Source: an uncultured Planctomycetia bacterium
GTDB taxonomy: Bacteria > Omnitrophota > Gorgyraeia > 2-02-FULL-51-18
DNA length: 64,000 nt
Reading direction: 5' to 3'
Assembly: GCA_964642015.1 (NCBI GenBank)
Contig: CAZXLF010000003.1
Span: forward strand, 36,204 to 100,203
Positions 38,124 through 49,286 of this stretch are shown here, one piece after another. Under the pieces are notes generated by a model. It saw only the letters and a program-made list of their open reading frames with translations, did not search any database and had not been told where the DNA came from. The position numbers and the translations under genes are program-made. Every line of letters starts with the position of its first letter. Positions within the stretch are counted from its first letter, which is position 1.

Positions 38124-38943
38124 GCGCGAGCTTGAGATCCTTAAGAAAAAGGGAAAGCGGATCGGTTTTGTTCCGACAATGGGTTTTTTGCATGAGGGGC
38201 ATCTGTCGATCGTTCGAAAAGCAAAAGTCGAAAACCACATCGTCGTGGTCAGTATTTTCGTCAACCCGCTTCAATTTGGCCCAAAAGAAGATTTTAATCG
38301 TTATCCAAGAGATCTTAATCGTGACAAAAGTCTTCTAAAACGCAACAGAGCGGATATCCTGTTCATTCCAAGGACAGATTCATTTTATCCAAAATGTTTT
38401 CAGACAACGGTCGCGGTAAATAAATTAAGCAAACCTCTCTGCGGTATTTCCAGGCCGACTCATTTTGCCGGCGTGTGCACCGTGGTATTGAAACTGCTGA
38501 ATATCATCATGCCGGACGATATTTATTTGGGACAGAAAGATTATCAGCAATTTCGTGTGATACAGCAAATGGTCAAGGATCTGGATTCTCCGGTTAACGT
38601 CAAAATGGCCCGGATCGTCAGGGAGCCTGACGGTTTGGCGATGAGCTCGAGAAATACTTTATTGATTAAAGATGAGCGCAAAGAGGCTCCGTTACTCTTT
38701 AAAGCGCTTGAAGAGGCAAAGTTGCAGGTCAGAAGAGGCGCTCGGAACGCTCAAAACATCAAGAAAGCCATTTTGGGAACCCTGAAAAGCCTGAAATACG
38801 GAAGGATCGACTACCTGGAAATTGTCGATGCTGGCACTTTGGAGTCTGTGGTACAATTAAAAGCTCATTCGACGGTGTTGGCGGCATTGGCGGTCAATTT
38901 TTCAAGAGCCCGTCTCATCGACAACGTTTTGATCAAGGTGTAA
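38071..38943 (+). CDS. panC: Pantoate--beta-alanine ligase (start may be ATG 38092)
   Basis: VPTMGFLHEGH, RPTHFAGV, GQKDYQQ, AMSSRN, RLIDN. Confidence 0.96.
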   Translation: MPKPSKPMKVVTDSKALRRELEILKKKGKRIGFVPTMGFLHEGHLSIVRKAKVENHIVVVSIFVNPLQFGPKEDFNRYPRDLNRDKSLLKRNRADILFIPRTDSFYPKCFQTTVAVNKLSKPLCGISRPTHFAGVCTVVLKLLNIIMPDDIYLGQKDYQQFRVIQQMVKDLDSPVNVKMARIVREPDGLAMSSRNTLLIKDERKEAPLLFKALEEAKLQVRRGARNAQNIKKAILGTLKSLKYGRIDYLEIVDAGTLESVVQLKAHSTVLAALAVNFSRARLIDNVLIKV

Positions 38944-38946
38944 TCT

Positions 38947-39300
38947 ATGCTTCGAGTATTGATGAAATCAAAGATCCATAGCGCCACGGTGACAGAGGCC
39001 AATTTGCGCTATACGGGTTCCATCACGATAGACAAAAATCTTTTACGCGCGACGGATATTTGTCCTTTTGAAAGAGTGCAGATCGTGAATCTTCACAACG
39101 GGACTCGTGTAGAAACCTACGTGCTTGAGGGGCAAGCGGGCTCAGGGACGATCTGTATGAACGGCGCGGCAGCCCGGTGGGCTGAAGTAGGCGACAAAGT
39201 GATCATTATTTCATACGCGCTGATGACCGACCGCGAGATTAAAAAACACCACCCAAAAGTCGTTTTCGTCGACGATAGAAACCGCATCAAGAAGTCATGA
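38947..39300 (+). CDS. panD: Aspartate 1-decarboxylase
   Basis: [13 protein letters not shown] (Gly-Ser cleavage site), NGAAA. Confidence 0.97.
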   Translation: MLRVLMKSKIHSATVTEANLRYTGSITIDKNLLRATDICPFERVQIVNLHNGTRVETYVLEGQAGSGTICMNGAAARWAEVGDKVIIISYALMTDREIKKHHPKVVFVDDRNRIKKS

Positions 39301-40106
39301 TCAAAGTAGGCATTATAGGCTGCGGGACCATCGGTAAAGAACTCGCTCTTTCCTGTCAGAAAAAATTTTCAGATGAGGTGACGCTTGAGGCGATTGCGGA
39401 CGCGGACCTGGCTCACGCGCGCAAACTTCAAAATCTTCTCCGTCCTAAACCCAAGATATTGGCGATCGATCCGCTGATCAGGCGCTGTGATCTTGTGATC
39501 GAAGCGGCCTCGAAGCGCGCGTCCTATGAATTGGCAAAAAAAGCGTTGTCTCTGGGCAAAGATGTGATGGTGATGAGCGTTGGCGGGATCCTTGGAAAAG
39601 AAAAAGAGATCTTTGAATTGGCCAGGACTCACCGGTGTTGCTTGTATCTGCCGAGCGGCGGTGTGGTCGGGATCGATGGCTTAAAAGCGGCGGCGATCGG
39701 AAAGATATATCGCGTCACTTTGACGACACGGAAACCCCCGCAAGGTTTTGAAGATGCACCTTATGTGATCAAGCATAATATCAATTTGAAAGGCCTGAAG
39801 CAGGAAAAAGTGCTATTTGAGGGAAACGCCTCGGAGGCCGTCAAAGGATTTCCAAAAAATATCAATGTATCAGCGACGCTGAGTCTCGTTGGTCTGGGCG
39901 CCAAGAAAACTAAAGTGCGCATCATCGCCAGTCCTCACATGCTGGTGAACATCCATGAAGTTTATGTTCAGGGTGACTTTGGATCTTTTTATACGAGGAC
40001 CGAGAATTTTCCTTCCGAGCAGAATCCGAGGACCAGCCGCCTTGCGATCCTTTCGGCGGTAGCGACGCTAGAGCGAATACTGCGGAATGTCAAAATAGGC
40101 ACTTAA
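39297..40106 (+). CDS. nadX: L-aspartate dehydrogenase (NAD biosynthesis)
   Basis: GCGTIG, EAAS, PSG...GID, FPKNINV, NPRTS. Confidence 0.92.
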   Translation: MIKVGIIGCGTIGKELALSCQKKFSDEVTLEAIADADLAHARKLQNLLRPKPKILAIDPLIRRCDLVIEAASKRASYELAKKALSLGKDVMVMSVGGILGKEKEIFELARTHRCCLYLPSGGVVGIDGLKAAAIGKIYRVTLTTRKPPQGFEDAPYVIKHNINLKGLKQEKVLFEGNASEAVKGFPKNINVSATLSLVGLGAKKTKVRIIASPHMLVNIHEVYVQGDFGSFYTRTENFPSEQNPRTSRLAILSAVATLERILRNVKIGT

Positions 40107-40118
40107 AGTCAATTCAAA

Positions 40119-40691
40119 ATGCCTGGATCTCCAAGCGATCAAGATCTCATTGATGGTTGTATTGAAGGAAAAAAAGAATCTTGGGATATTTTTGTTGAGC
40201 GTTTTTCAAAACTCATCTATTGGAGCATTTGGAGAGCGCTCGAAAAAACGTCATTTTCTCAACGGACCGATTTGGTTCAGGAAATTTTTCAGGATGTTTT
40301 TCATAAGCTTCTTGACCGGAACCAGCTAAAGAGTCTCAGAAAGATCGAGAGTCTCAGCACATTCCTGACCATTTTGGCTTATCATGCGGCGATCGATAAG
40401 ATGAAAGGGCTGACGCGCCGGCAGGAATTGGACGGCATTATTTCTGATCCGGAAAAAATAGGTTCCGGCCATGAGATCATTTCCCAGGAAAGGGAAGAGT
40501 TGGTTTTGAAAGCGCTTGAAAGCCTGTCTCTGAGAGAGCGTCTTTGTGTTGAATGGCATTATCTGGATGACAAACCGCACAGAGAGATTGCCGAGATTTT
40601 GGGGATACCTCAGGACACGGTTTCAACTGTCATACGGCGGACCAGAGAAAAATTAAAGAAGATATTCTTAGAGAAGGGGATTTCAGATTAA
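40119..40691 (+). CDS. ECF-type RNA polymerase sigma factor
   Basis: Region 2 (DLVQEIFQDVF) and region 4 (REIAEILGIPQDTVSTVIRR); 190 aa. Confidence 0.9.
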   Translation: MPGSPSDQDLIDGCIEGKKESWDIFVERFSKLIYWSIWRALEKTSFSQRTDLVQEIFQDVFHKLLDRNQLKSLRKIESLSTFLTILAYHAAIDKMKGLTRRQELDGIISDPEKIGSGHEIISQEREELVLKALESLSLRERLCVEWHYLDDKPHREIAEILGIPQDTVSTVIRRTREKLKKIFLEKGISD

Positions 40692-40703
40692 ATTTTCAAA
40701 GAA

Positions 40704-40735
40704 TGAACGAAAATCGGGGCATTTGTCGTCATATA
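40704..40735 (+). promoter_or_regulatory. Putative ECF-sigma promoter upstream of the anti-sigma-like gene
   Basis: TGAAC-N18-CGTC-ATATA; near-identical copy at 60677. Confidence 0.6.
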
Positions 40736-40751
40736 TATTAGAGGAAATAAA

Positions 40752-41336
40752 ATGGATTCGTTAGACAAGCAAATAAAAGCCTATTTTGAAAAAGAATCAG
40801 ACAAGATACTGAAAAAAGATCGTTTGGAACGCGTTCCTAGCGTGGACGCATTTTACCGATTTATCTGCGGTAAGATGGAAGGCGATGATCTTGAGCGAAT
40901 GCTTGGATATTTGAAAGATCATCCTGAAGCGCAGGATCTGGTATCCAGCGCCCGCGCAGATCTATTATCTAATGATAGTTCTGCCGTTAAGATGCCGCCC
41001 TCCTCTTGGGTTGAAGATGCCAAGAATTTATTCACCGGCGGCTCCTCGGTCAAATGCCCTCATTGTGGAAAATCTATCACGCCGTTCAAGAAGCCTGTAC
41101 AGAATCAAAAAATGTATAATTTTTTATGGATAACTTTGTCGCTATTGGCCTTTTTATCTTCTTTTGTTTTTCATCGATATTTTTTACAATGTCTGGCTGT
41201 CGCGCTGTTCTTTGGGATCAAATGGATCATTGACCAAAGAGCCACTAAAACGCAGATACTGATCTATAAGGCGTTAAAAGGCGAGGATCCCGGTGTTCAT
41301 TCCAGGCATTTACATAACCACCCAACTCATTTATAA
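40752..41336 (+). CDS. Putative anti-sigma membrane protein (helical N-terminus, CPHC knuckle, two TM segments)
   Basis: Directly follows the ECF sigma gene; GAGG RBS; KCPHCGK; hydrophobic C-terminal hairpin. Confidence 0.6.
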   Translation: MDSLDKQIKAYFEKESDKILKKDRLERVPSVDAFYRFICGKMEGDDLERMLGYLKDHPEAQDLVSSARADLLSNDSSAVKMPPSSWVEDAKNLFTGGSSVKCPHCGKSITPFKKPVQNQKMYNFLWITLSLLAFLSSFVFHRYFLQCLAVALFFGIKWIIDQRATKTQILIYKALKGEDPGVHSRHLHNHPTHL

Positions 41337-41358
41337 TCACCGTTCATAATCATTTTAT

Positions 41359-41436
41359 CGGGATGTAGCGCAGCTTGGCTAGCGCGCTTGGTTCGGGACC
41401 AAGAGGTCGTGGGTTCGAATCCCACCATCCCGACCA
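41359..41436 (+). tRNA. tRNA-Pro(CGG)
   Basis: CGGGATG/CATCCCG acceptor stem, anticodon arm CTTGG-TTCGGGA-CCAAG, GGTTCGAATCC T-arm, encoded CCA. Confidence 0.97.
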
Positions 41437-41456
41437 TTTTTTCTTAGTTCCTACCC

Positions 41457-41485
41457 TTGACAACCCTCATATCATCGGGTAACTT
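41457..41485 (+). promoter_or_regulatory. Sigma70 promoter
   Basis: TTGACA-17nt-TAACTT. Confidence 0.7.
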
Positions 41486-41565
41486 TCTATTTACCGTCTT
41501 CACCAATGGTCTTTTATATAAGGATATTTTCACCTTGAATGATCATTTGATCCATAGCAATTCTC

Positions 41566-41597
41566 AAAGCCTGCTGAATAGAACAGCAGGCTTTTTT
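41566..41597 (+). terminator. Rho-independent terminator
   Basis: AAAGCCTGCTG/CAGCAGGCTTT plus T-run. Confidence 0.8.
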
Positions 41598-41697
41598 AGT
41601 TTAAAGAAATATAGGATTATAAAACAATTAAATAAGGTGAAGAAGGGTTATAAAGAATACAGAACTTTAACTCCTCAAACTTATTGGAGGTTTATTG

Positions 41698-41859
41698 ATG
41701 AAGTCTCCGCGTTTACTAAGAAATAATCCCGACGTTTTATCTTACGTTTGTTTTAATCCTATTTACCGCGCGTCCCGCGCAATGCGTAAAAAATTCCGTT
41801 ATCATGTTATGTCTAAAGCAAGATGGGTGCGGGTAAAAGCATTTGTAAGCGCCGTATGA
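41698..41859 (+). CDS. 53-aa basic small protein (MKSPRLLRNNPDVLSYVCFNPIYRASRAMRKKFRYHVMSKARWVRVKAFVSAV)
   Basis: GGAGG RBS 7 nt upstream; own terminator at 41901. Confidence 0.55.
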   Translation: MKSPRLLRNNPDVLSYVCFNPIYRASRAMRKKFRYHVMSKARWVRVKAFVSAV

Positions 41860-41900
41860 TCTAAAATTTGCTTCGCTGATTGGGAGCGCGTCGCATGATC

Positions 41901-41927
41901 AAGGCCGGAGAAATCCGGCCTTTTTTT
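41901..41927 (+). terminator. Rho-independent terminator
   Basis: AAGGCCGGA-GAAA-TCCGGCC followed by T7. Confidence 0.9.
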
Positions 41928-41952
41928 ATTTGTGAAATGGTATCATAAACCG

Positions 41953-43116
41953 ATGAGCAGATCCCGTCCGGCTATATGGTTTGTTATCCTTATCGGTTTT
42001 GTCAGCCTTTTTGCTGATATGACTTATGAAGGGGCCAGAAGCGTTGCTGGCCCTTATTTAGCTGTGTTAGGCGCTAACGCGACCGTTGTCGGGTTTGTTG
42101 CCGGCGCAGGCGAGCTTATTGGTTATGGTTTCAGACTTATATTTGGTTACTTAAGCGATCGCACTAGACGTTATTGGTTCATTACTATAACGGGATACGC
42201 GATTAATCTTTTGGCGGTACCTTTACTGGCTCTTAGCGGGAACTGGCTGATAGCCGCTTTTCTTATAATGTCCGAGCGTATGGGGAAAGCTATTCGGACT
42301 CCGGCGAGAGATGCAATGTTATCGCACGCGGTGCATGAGATCGGCGCTGGTTGGGGATTTGGCCTGCATGAAGCGATGGACCAGATTGGCGCAATGGTCG
42401 GGCCTCTTATCGTCACGCTCGTATTAGCGGTCAGGCATAGTTATCGTAGTGGATTTGCAGTTCTTTTGATCCCGGCCTTCTTAGCGCTCGGGACGCTGGT
42501 CGCGGCTCGGAAGCTTTATCCAAAACCTCACGATCTTGAGATCTCACAAATTCACATCAATGAAAAAAAATTCTCGGGAGTTTTCTGGCTTTATGTAGCA
42601 GCCGCTTCACTGATCGCCGCCGGATACGCCGATTTCCCTCTCATTGCCTTCCATTTTGAAAAAACAAGAGTAGTTCCTGATCTTTGGATACCCATATTTT
42701 ATTCTATTTCCATGGGCGTGGCGGCGCTCGCGGCGATCGTGTTCGGCAAATCGTTTGACCGCTGGGGGATATCCGTTATAATTTTATCGGTGATGTTATC
42801 GTTATTCTTTGCCCCGTTTGTGTTCTTGGGAGGTTTTTGGTTTGGAATGATTGGTATGGCTTTGTGGGGTGTCGGGATGGGCGCTCATGAGTCCGTGATG
42901 CGGGCAGCGGTTTCCCAGATGGTTCAAATAGAAAGAAGAGCTACAGCATTTGGAGTGTTCAACGGTTTCTATGGTATTTTTTGGTTTTTAGGAAGCCTAG
43001 CGATCGGATTTTTTTATGACCGTTCGGTTTCGGCAGTAATTTGGCTATCTGTAATACTGCAGCTTATTGCAATCCCGTTTCTAATAGCCGTAGCGGTTAA
43101 AATGAAAAGATCATGA
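41953..43116 (+). CDS. MFS transporter (probably leaderless, ATG 41953)
   Basis: About 12 TM segments; GYLSDRTRR, GKAIRTPARD, AMDQIGA; extended -10 TG-G-TATCAT 6 nt before the ATG. Confidence 0.88.
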   Translation: MSRSRPAIWFVILIGFVSLFADMTYEGARSVAGPYLAVLGANATVVGFVAGAGELIGYGFRLIFGYLSDRTRRYWFITITGYAINLLAVPLLALSGNWLIAAFLIMSERMGKAIRTPARDAMLSHAVHEIGAGWGFGLHEAMDQIGAMVGPLIVTLVLAVRHSYRSGFAVLLIPAFLALGTLVAARKLYPKPHDLEISQIHINEKKFSGVFWLYVAAASLIAAGYADFPLIAFHFEKTRVVPDLWIPIFYSISMGVAALAAIVFGKSFDRWGISVIILSVMLSLFFAPFVFLGGFWFGMIGMALWGVGMGAHESVMRAAVSQMVQIERRATAFGVFNGFYGIFWFLGSLAIGFFYDRSVSAVIWLSVILQLIAIPFLIAVAVKMKRS

Positions 43117-43541
43117 AACATACATTAAGCGCAGGCGGCGTGGTCGTGAACAATGGCCGAGTGCTTTTGGTGAATCAGCACGGAAATTCCTGGTCTTTAC
43201 CCAAAGGCCACGTTGATCCGGGTGAGACATCTTTGGATGCGGCTAAAAGAGAGATCTATGAAGAGTCTGGTATAAGCAAACTCAAACTTATAGAGCCCCT
43301 CGGAACTTATGAGCGGCACCGCATTGCATTGAATGGGCACGGAGAAGATACATCAGAATTAAAAACGATTGAATTATTCTTGTTCCAAACAGACGAGGAA
43401 GCGCTAAAACCGGTCGATGCACATAATCCCGAAGCCAGATGGGTTTTGCCTGAGGAAGTTTGCAATTTTTTGACGCATCAAAAAGATAAAGACTTCTTTC
43501 TGTTAGTGCTGCCCAAGCTTGCCAAGATGAAAAATAATTGA
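43113..43541 (+). CDS. NUDIX hydrolase
   Basis: LPKGHVDPGETSLDAAKREIYEESG Nudix box. Confidence 0.92.
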   Translation: MKHTLSAGGVVVNNGRVLLVNQHGNSWSLPKGHVDPGETSLDAAKREIYEESGISKLKLIEPLGTYERHRIALNGHGEDTSELKTIELFLFQTDEEALKPVDAHNPEARWVLPEEVCNFLTHQKDKDFFLLVLPKLAKMKNN

Positions 43542-43609
43542 TGCCTGAAACATGGTTTTGAAAGCACGTATCTGATAAAATAATCACGCTCTTATTAGGG
43601 CATTAAAAC

Positions 43610-43939
43610 ATGGCAACAATAGTTCTTTTAACGATCTCTAATCTGTTCATGACGATCGCGTGGTATGGGCATCTGAAATACAAAAACGTGGCTTTATGGA
43701 AAGTAATCCTGATCAGCTGGCTTATTGCATTTGCGGAGTATTGTTTCCAAGTGCCGGCGAACCGCATCGGTCATGAAAGGTTCACGGCCGCTCAGTTAAA
43801 AACGATCCAGGAAGTCATCACGCTTGTTGTGTTCTGTATTTTTTCGGTTGTTTATCTTAAGGAAGATCTCAAGTGGAATTATTTTGTCGGTTTTGGCATG
43901 ATCATCGGAGCAGTATTTTTTATTTTCCACCAATGGTAA
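43610..43939 (+). CDS. DMT family small membrane protein (DUF486-like)
   Basis: SNLFMTIAWYGHLK, EYCFQVPANRIG, QLKTIQEVITL. Confidence 0.88.
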   Translation: MATIVLLTISNLFMTIAWYGHLKYKNVALWKVILISWLIAFAEYCFQVPANRIGHERFTAAQLKTIQEVITLVVFCIFSVVYLKEDLKWNYFVGFGMIIGAVFFIFHQW

Positions 43940-44408
43940 CCAAGAAAATTTACAGCGCATACTATAAAAGCCCTATTGGCTGGATCCGGATCCAAGGCGA
44001 TGGTCGCAGGATCCTGGGCTTGGAGTTTGTATCAAAGAGAAAAGGAAAAGACGCTGCGCATCCTTCACTTTTGCCGGCTTATAGGCAGCTAAAAGAATAT
44101 TTTAGCGGCAAACGAAAACGTTTTTTGTTGAAACTGGGTTTTGATGGGACCTCATTCCAACGGGCCGTGTGGTCAACACTTCAAAAGATCCCTTTCGCAG
44201 GTAAAACTTCGTATCAAAAAGTTTCTTCGGCGATCGGGCGGCGTAAAGCGGTCCGCGCGGCCGGGACCGCGATCGGAAAGAACCGGTTTGCGATCGTGGT
44301 GCCATGCCATCGTGTCGTGGCCTCAAGCGGTGACATCGCTGGATATGCTGGTGGTGTATGGAGAAAAAAATGGCTCCTGCAGCACGAATCAAAAATAAGC
44401 AAAAAGAT

Positions 44409-44412
<4 letters not shown>
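43933..44412 (+). CDS. ogt: Methylated-DNA--protein-cysteine methyltransferase
   Basis: SPIG, GTSFQRAVW, PCHRV active site. Confidence 0.92.
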
Positions 44413-46734
<2,322 letters not shown>

Positions 46735-46738
46735 GAAA

Positions 46739-47338
46739 ATGAAGGAGATATGGATGAAAAAAATCGTTTTATTTTTAATTTGCACTATGTTAATAACGGA
46801 TCTTTCTGGATGTGCGTCCGTGGAAAAGAAGTTCATCAGAAAGAAAAAAGAGCCCGCACACATCCCGGCAGCCGTTTATTTTGAAGAAGGTCCGTATCAA
46901 AAGAAATTTTCCAATGCTTATTATTATAAAACACATTATACGCTTTGGAAAACCTGGCATACCGAATTGATCGAAGGTATCGGAGGTAACCGCAAGAAGA
47001 CCCAGCGCAATGCTGAAGAAACGCTGAATCATTTGAACGAAATGAATAATTATCTGATCCCGGAAAAACAAAAAAAACTCCAGCCGATGTTGAGCGAGCT
47101 GACTACTATGGCCAAAAAATTCGAAACAGGATCTTATGCGCAATCACAGGAGCCTGAACTTCGCGTGGAGCTGGAAAAGATCAAGCGTTTGATCGACAAT
47201 GATTTTTATTATGATAAAGTCGCGAATCAGATCCTGCCGGATACGGTGAACTTGGGATTTCCTTCGCCTTCGCCGTCGGTAAATTTGTCACCGAATCCCA
47301 ACCCAAGTCCGAGCGTTTCGCCCCCAACAAACCCATGA
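46739..47338 (+). CDS. Hypothetical lipoprotein with a Pro/Ser/Asn-rich tail
   Basis: Lipobox LSGC after a hydrophobic signal; C-terminal PSPSPS...PNPNPSPS. Confidence 0.75.
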   Translation: MKEIWMKKIVLFLICTMLITDLSGCASVEKKFIRKKKEPAHIPAAVYFEEGPYQKKFSNAYYYKTHYTLWKTWHTELIEGIGGNRKKTQRNAEETLNHLNEMNNYLIPEKQKKLQPMLSELTTMAKKFETGSYAQSQEPELRVELEKIKRLIDNDFYYDKVANQILPDTVNLGFPSPSPSVNLSPNPNPSPSVSPPTNP

Positions 47339-48222
47339 CCGAATTTCTGGAACTTTTTTTAGATTTCCTTTCAATTGAGAAAGGGCTTTCAAAAAACACG
47401 CTCATGGCTTATCAACGCGATCTGGAGAGGTATTTATCTTTCTTAAAAAAAAACGGAGTTTCATCGATCGACTCGGTCAATCGGAAAATGATCATGGACT
47501 TTTTGCTGAAAGAGAGGGATCGCGGTTTAAACGCCAGTTCTGTCGCGCGAGGGCTGGTTGCGATCCGGATGTTTCATCGTTTTTTGACCGAAGAAGGAAA
47601 GATTAAAGAAGATGTTACGGAAGTGTTGGAGGCACCGAAACTTTGGAAGCATTTGCCCGATTATCTCAGCATTCAGGAGATCGAAGCGCTTTTAAAATCT
47701 CCCAATTTGCGTAAAGCGCAGGGAATACGCGATCAGGCATGTTTAGAGCTGATGTACGCAACGGGTCTCCGGGCTTCGGAGGTCGCCGACCTAAAAACCG
47801 GCCATATCAATTTTGAGACCAGCTATTTGAGGATCACCGGAAAAGGAGAGAAACAGCGGATTGTTCCAATGGGAAGAAGCGCAAGAGACAGTGTCAAAAA
47901 ATATTTAGAACGAGTAAGATCTAAATGGGTAAAAGACGGTGATCAAGATGCGCTTTTTGTGTCAAGATCGGGGAAGAAATTATCCCGCCAGACCATCTGG
48001 ATGATCTTGAAGAAATACATCCGTAATGCCGGTCTGAAAAAAAGAGTCTACCCGCATATTTTAAGGCATTCATTCGCGACGCACCTTCTGGAAAACGGCG
48101 CGGATCTGCGCGTGGTCCAGGAGCTTTTAGGGCATTCGGATATTTCGACGACCCAGATCTATACGCACGTCGAAAGGTCGCGACTGAAAAGCATTCACCA
48201 AAAATTTCATCCAAGGCCATAA
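47335..48222 (+). CDS. xerD: Site-specific tyrosine recombinase XerD
   Basis: EKGLSKNT..AY.RDL, YATGLR, GKGEKQR, HILRHSFATHLL, TTQIYTHV. Confidence 0.93.
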   Translation: MTEFLELFLDFLSIEKGLSKNTLMAYQRDLERYLSFLKKNGVSSIDSVNRKMIMDFLLKERDRGLNASSVARGLVAIRMFHRFLTEEGKIKEDVTEVLEAPKLWKHLPDYLSIQEIEALLKSPNLRKAQGIRDQACLELMYATGLRASEVADLKTGHINFETSYLRITGKGEKQRIVPMGRSARDSVKKYLERVRSKWVKDGDQDALFVSRSGKKLSRQTIWMILKKYIRNAGLKKRVYPHILRHSFATHLLENGADLRVVQELLGHSDISTTQIYTHVERSRLKSIHQKFHPRP

Positions 48223-48234
48223 GAGGAGTTAAAC

Positions 48235-48585
48235 ATGTCACAGCGATCCAACCAGGTTTCAGAGGAATTAAGAAAGATCATCAGCATGATTCTTTTAGAG
48301 GATCTGAGCGATCCGCGTATGGGTTTTGTCACGATCACGAGGATCGAATTGACTGATGACCTGCGGTTTGCGCGAGTTTTTTACAGCGTGCTTGGCGATG
48401 CGGCACAGAAAGAAAGTACGCGTGAGGCACTGCAGGAGAACATGGGTTTTATCAAAAAGCTGGCGGTAGAACGCATCAATATGAAATATGCGATGGATAT
48501 CAAGTTTGAGCTCGACAAATCGATCGAGCACAGTTTTCATATCGATGAGCTTCTGAGAAAAATCAAAAAGAACGAAAGCACCTGA
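48235..48585 (+). CDS. rbfA: Ribosome-binding factor A
   Basis: DPRMGFVTIT, DLRFARVFYS. Confidence 0.93.
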   Translation: MSQRSNQVSEELRKIISMILLEDLSDPRMGFVTITRIELTDDLRFARVFYSVLGDAAQKESTREALQENMGFIKKLAVERINMKYAMDIKFELDKSIEHSFHIDELLRKIKKNEST

Positions 48586-48587
48586 CC

Positions 48588-49286
48588 GTGGACGGCATCC
48601 TTCTTTTTAATAAACCCATTTTGTGGACAAGTCACGATGCAGTTGATTTTATCCGCCGGAAATTAAGCCAAAAAACAGTCGGGCATGCCGGCACTCTGGA
48701 TCCGCTTGCTACGGGTCTTTTGGTGATACTGCTTGGTAAGGCAACAAAACTTTCCGAAGAACTGAGCCGTTCGGATAAGGAATATGCAGGTACTGTTACG
48801 CTTGGGATCCGCACCGATACACAAGATTTGGAAGGCAGGTTTATATCAGTCAAAAACGCGGAGCATGTTCAAAAAAGCCATGTTGAAACGGTCTTTTCCG
48901 AAATGAAAGGAATCTGCCAGCAAGTCCCTCCGGCATTTTCAGCTACCAAGAAAAAAGGTAAAAACCTTTATCGCTGGGCTCGGGAAGGTGTGATGGTCAA
49001 AAAAGAACCGAGACAGATTACGATCGAGCGTCTTTCTGTTACGGAATTTTTTTTCCCCGAAGTTCATTTTACTTTGAATTGCTCGAAAGGCACCTACGTT
49101 CGAGTTTTATGCGATGAGATCGGAGAAAGGCTTGGATGTGGCGCGACACTCTCGTCCTTATTACGCATTCGATCAGGAGAGTTTTTTCTGGCCGGCGCGT
49201 TAAAAAAAGAAGACATCCAATTTTTATCATTAACGGAAATTGAAAAACGTCTTGTGCATCGACATGAAGATCTATTACGGGTTTAA
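48588..49286 (+). CDS. truB: tRNA pseudouridine(55) synthase
   Basis: GHAGTLDPLATG, SKGTYVR. Confidence 0.95.
   Translation: MDGILLFNKPILWTSHDAVDFIRRKLSQKTVGHAGTLDPLATGLLVILLGKATKLSEELSRSDKEYAGTVTLGIRTDTQDLEGRFISVKNAEHVQKSHVETVFSEMKGICQQVPPAFSATKKKGKNLYRWAREGVMVKKEPRQITIERLSVTEFFFPEVHFTLNCSKGTYVRVLCDEIGERLGCGATLSSLLRIRSGEFFLAGALKKEDIQFLSLTEIEKRLVHRHEDLLRV

Noticed and set aside
41457-41726. 89-aa TTG-start ORF after tRNA-Pro
   Set aside because: Its start codon is the -35 hexamer of a promoter, it runs through a strong terminator, and it overlaps a better-supported RBS-led ORF.
41359-41900. tRNA-Pro as an integration site for an island or prophage
   Set aside because: No integrase nearby and no duplicate of the tRNA 3' end was seen in the window.
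47335-48222. Tyrosine recombinase as a mobile-element integrase
   Set aside because: Sequence and housekeeping context match chromosomal XerD.
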